A stretch of DNA of 64,000 bases from Antedon mediterranea (Eukaryota > Animalia > Echinodermata), in NCBI RefSeq assembly GCF_964355755.1, contig NC_092678.1, positions 1,380,422 to 1,444,421 on the forward strand, given 5' to 3'. The translations under genes and the position numbers were made by a program. The notes beneath the pieces were generated by a model. That model worked only from the letters and a program-made list of their open reading frames with translations, was not told the origin of the DNA and did no database searches. Shown here piece after piece: positions 61,498 through 64,000 of the stretch. Numbering within the stretch: position 1 is the first letter of the stretch; each line of letters begins with the position of its first letter.

Positions 61498-62527
61498 GCA
61501 CAAAAGTAATCATTCCACATACCTGTTACTGTTAGCCTTCTTTCTAGCTGCCAGTACAGCAACTTTTTTTCTTACCTTTACAAATATGCCTACCACTCTA
61601 CTGCAATTAATAACAATATGCCTACCACTAAATAATAATTATATGCCTAAACTAAATCGTGTGAATATCTTATAAGTATATTATGCCAACCAGATTAAAC
61701 AGTTTTAATAGATTATTTAGATAATAATAAAATGTGAAATCAGACGATAAACAAGTATATATGCCTACATGACTAAAATACAGCATAGAAGATGTGAAAT
61801 CAGATGATAACATTAAGTATATATATGCCTACCAGACTAAAATATGTGCAATCATAATGAACAGTTTATAAAAATAAATGCAAACAATTGATGCAATGCT
61901 GAAATTCATATGCCTATGACTAAAGATATAATATGCCAATACTAAAACTTAAATAAAGTTAAAAAATAGACACAACACAGGGATTAACTTTATTGAGGTT
62001 GGGGCTAATTGCAATCGAAGCGAGCAGCTGGATCGCGAATGTTAATGACGAATATATATAGTCATGGAGATATTATACAGTGGAAACCCTGTACTATAGT
62101 ACAGGGAGTTCCCACTGTTATATGAATTAGTGTGTATACTCGATCAAAGAAAACTATATTCTGGCGCGGGTAGTGACATTTTTTTTATACATGATCGCGA
62201 AAATGTACCTTTCACTTTAAAGGATATTGAAAGTTCAAGTTTCCATTTCTGTCTCAACTGAAAGATATAAAAAATAATAATTGACAATATTAGATAATTT
62301 TGAGGATTTTGTTTTTTCTGCTCCTTTAGTTTTACACCTAATTTGAATTTAGTAATAAAGCATTTAAAGTAAAGCCATGCTTGAGTGCATCACCTGATGT
62401 GTTATGCAAATTATATGTAAATTAGAACTTTGCATGCTTGAGCAATGTCAGTTCATTTGGCAGGTGAGGCTTGTTGTGCAAGGACACAGTGGAAGTATTA
62501 ATGGTTTACAGGAGTTGACACAATTTT

Positions 62528-62854
62528 GCACTGAGGGGCTTACTTAGCCTGGAGTGAACTCAAGCCTGCATTGAGGGACTTACTAAGCCTTGAGTGAACT
62601 CAAGCCTGTACTGAGGGGCTTACTAAGCCTGGAGTGAACTCAAGCCTGCATTGAGGGACTTACTAAGCCTTGAGTGAACTCAAGCCTGCATTGAGGGGCT
62701 TACTAAGCCTTGAGTTGATACAAGTTTGTACTTAGGGGCTTACTAAGCCTAGAGTGACCTCAAGCCTGCGGCCCTGCATTGAGGGGCTTACTAAGCCTTG
62801 AGTTGACACAAGCCTTACTGAGAGGCTTATTAAGCCTGGAGGTGACTCAAGCCT
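62528..62854. repeat. 40-bp tandem repeat x ~8 (GCATTGAGGGGCTTACTAAGCCTTGAGTGAACTCAAGCCT)
   Basis: Direct period. Each unit has two short internal palindromes. Confidence 0.9.
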
Positions 62855-64000
62855 AGGTACTTCGAAGCTTGTCTGCAGACGGAGGTAAGTCAATTTTAAG
62901 AAATGTAGCTAGTAAGTAATTCCATGAATGTTTTAGTTGCTGTATGATTGCCTTTTAATACAATTAAATAATCTTTTAATAGTCTTTTTTTTAAACAATT
63001 TTTGTAATGAAGAGTGTGGGTGCTGTATTGAAATTACTGGGCATTAGAGTAGGCTAGGTGGAAGTCAAACAAATCTACTACACCCCAGTAGGAGTTTGAC
63101 ATAAATCAAACACATGCTATATGCTAACATGTTATTTGAATGTTGTTCGTTTTATGCAATTTCTTTAGTTAGAAATTATTGATTCTAGAATTTCTGGTTA
63201 ATGCCGAAAAACTGCTCATAACACAAAGGCAATTATAATATACTGCACTGTACTATTATCCATTTCTTATAAAGTGTAGGACTAAATTTATATTAGCCTA
63301 AATTTCATTAAAAACTACTATAGACTTCTAGTTCATTTTTAATTGTAACAATTTCACGATCTGGGGATACACGTTGTAAATTATTTTTTTTAATACTGTA
63401 CATTGAAGAGAAAAGTTAGGCCTGTACTGTAGCGACTGTAGCATGTCCTAGTAAGTTTGGTTGTGGCACCCAACCTAGGCCTACCCATGATGGTGCAGTA
63501 CAGTGCCTGAATAAATGGTTCATTTGTTTGTCTCTCTGCGACTGTATTTTGAACTTTAAATTACCTTTTGATGTTTAACTGCAACAATTAATTGAGTTGT
63601 ATTATCATCTATTCTGTGGCTGGTTACAAGAGTTTCTGCAAAATATAGGGAAAATAATTTTAAAATCATAGTTAATAATATTGTTTCCCAAATTACTTTA
63701 TGCTGTGAATCTACAATATGGTATTATGATGGTTAATAACTGCCGACTGTCTCCTATGTATAATTACTTATGGCCTGGGAGAAAAAAACACCTCATTTTT
63801 TGAGAATGTGATGCTAAACAAGTATTTCGTCTTGTCTCGATACTTAATTGACAACTAAAAATGATTTCACTCCACTTCATTTATTTGATAGTAGTTTGAA
63901 TGGCCTTTGCAGTAGTATTGAAGAATTTCTGCTTTGAAATCAATTATGTCATTAAACCAACAACTTAAGTTCTGAAACATTTTCACTTTATATGCCATTT

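Overview
AT-rich (roughly one-third GC) eukaryotic genomic DNA with GT-AG introns. It is probably from an invertebrate deuterostome such as an echinoderm, but that is inference only. Main contents: (1) a 61-bp satellite of about 36 copies that expanded inside a MITE; (2) a ~13.3-kb cluster of 74 tRNA-Thr(CGT) genes and pseudogenes plus a terminal half copy, including a homogeneous 61 x ~170-bp array with a 16-unit (2727-bp) higher-order repeat and six copies whose anticodon has shifted to CCT; (3) two tandem intron-containing TMEM26-family genes on the + strand; (4) a convergent three-exon gene for a small secreted two-EF-hand protein on the - strand; (5) many MITEs with TWA target duplications, several minisatellites, and a 172-bp insertion with a 16-bp target-site duplication and a hammerhead-ribozyme-like core; (6) a repeat-rich, non-coding distal region with a four-unit nested inverted-repeat array showing compensatory changes and a possible decayed CACTA-like transposon end. 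Most short ORFs in the track, including the 688-aa one, are artefacts. Family names come from recalled motifs, not database searches.
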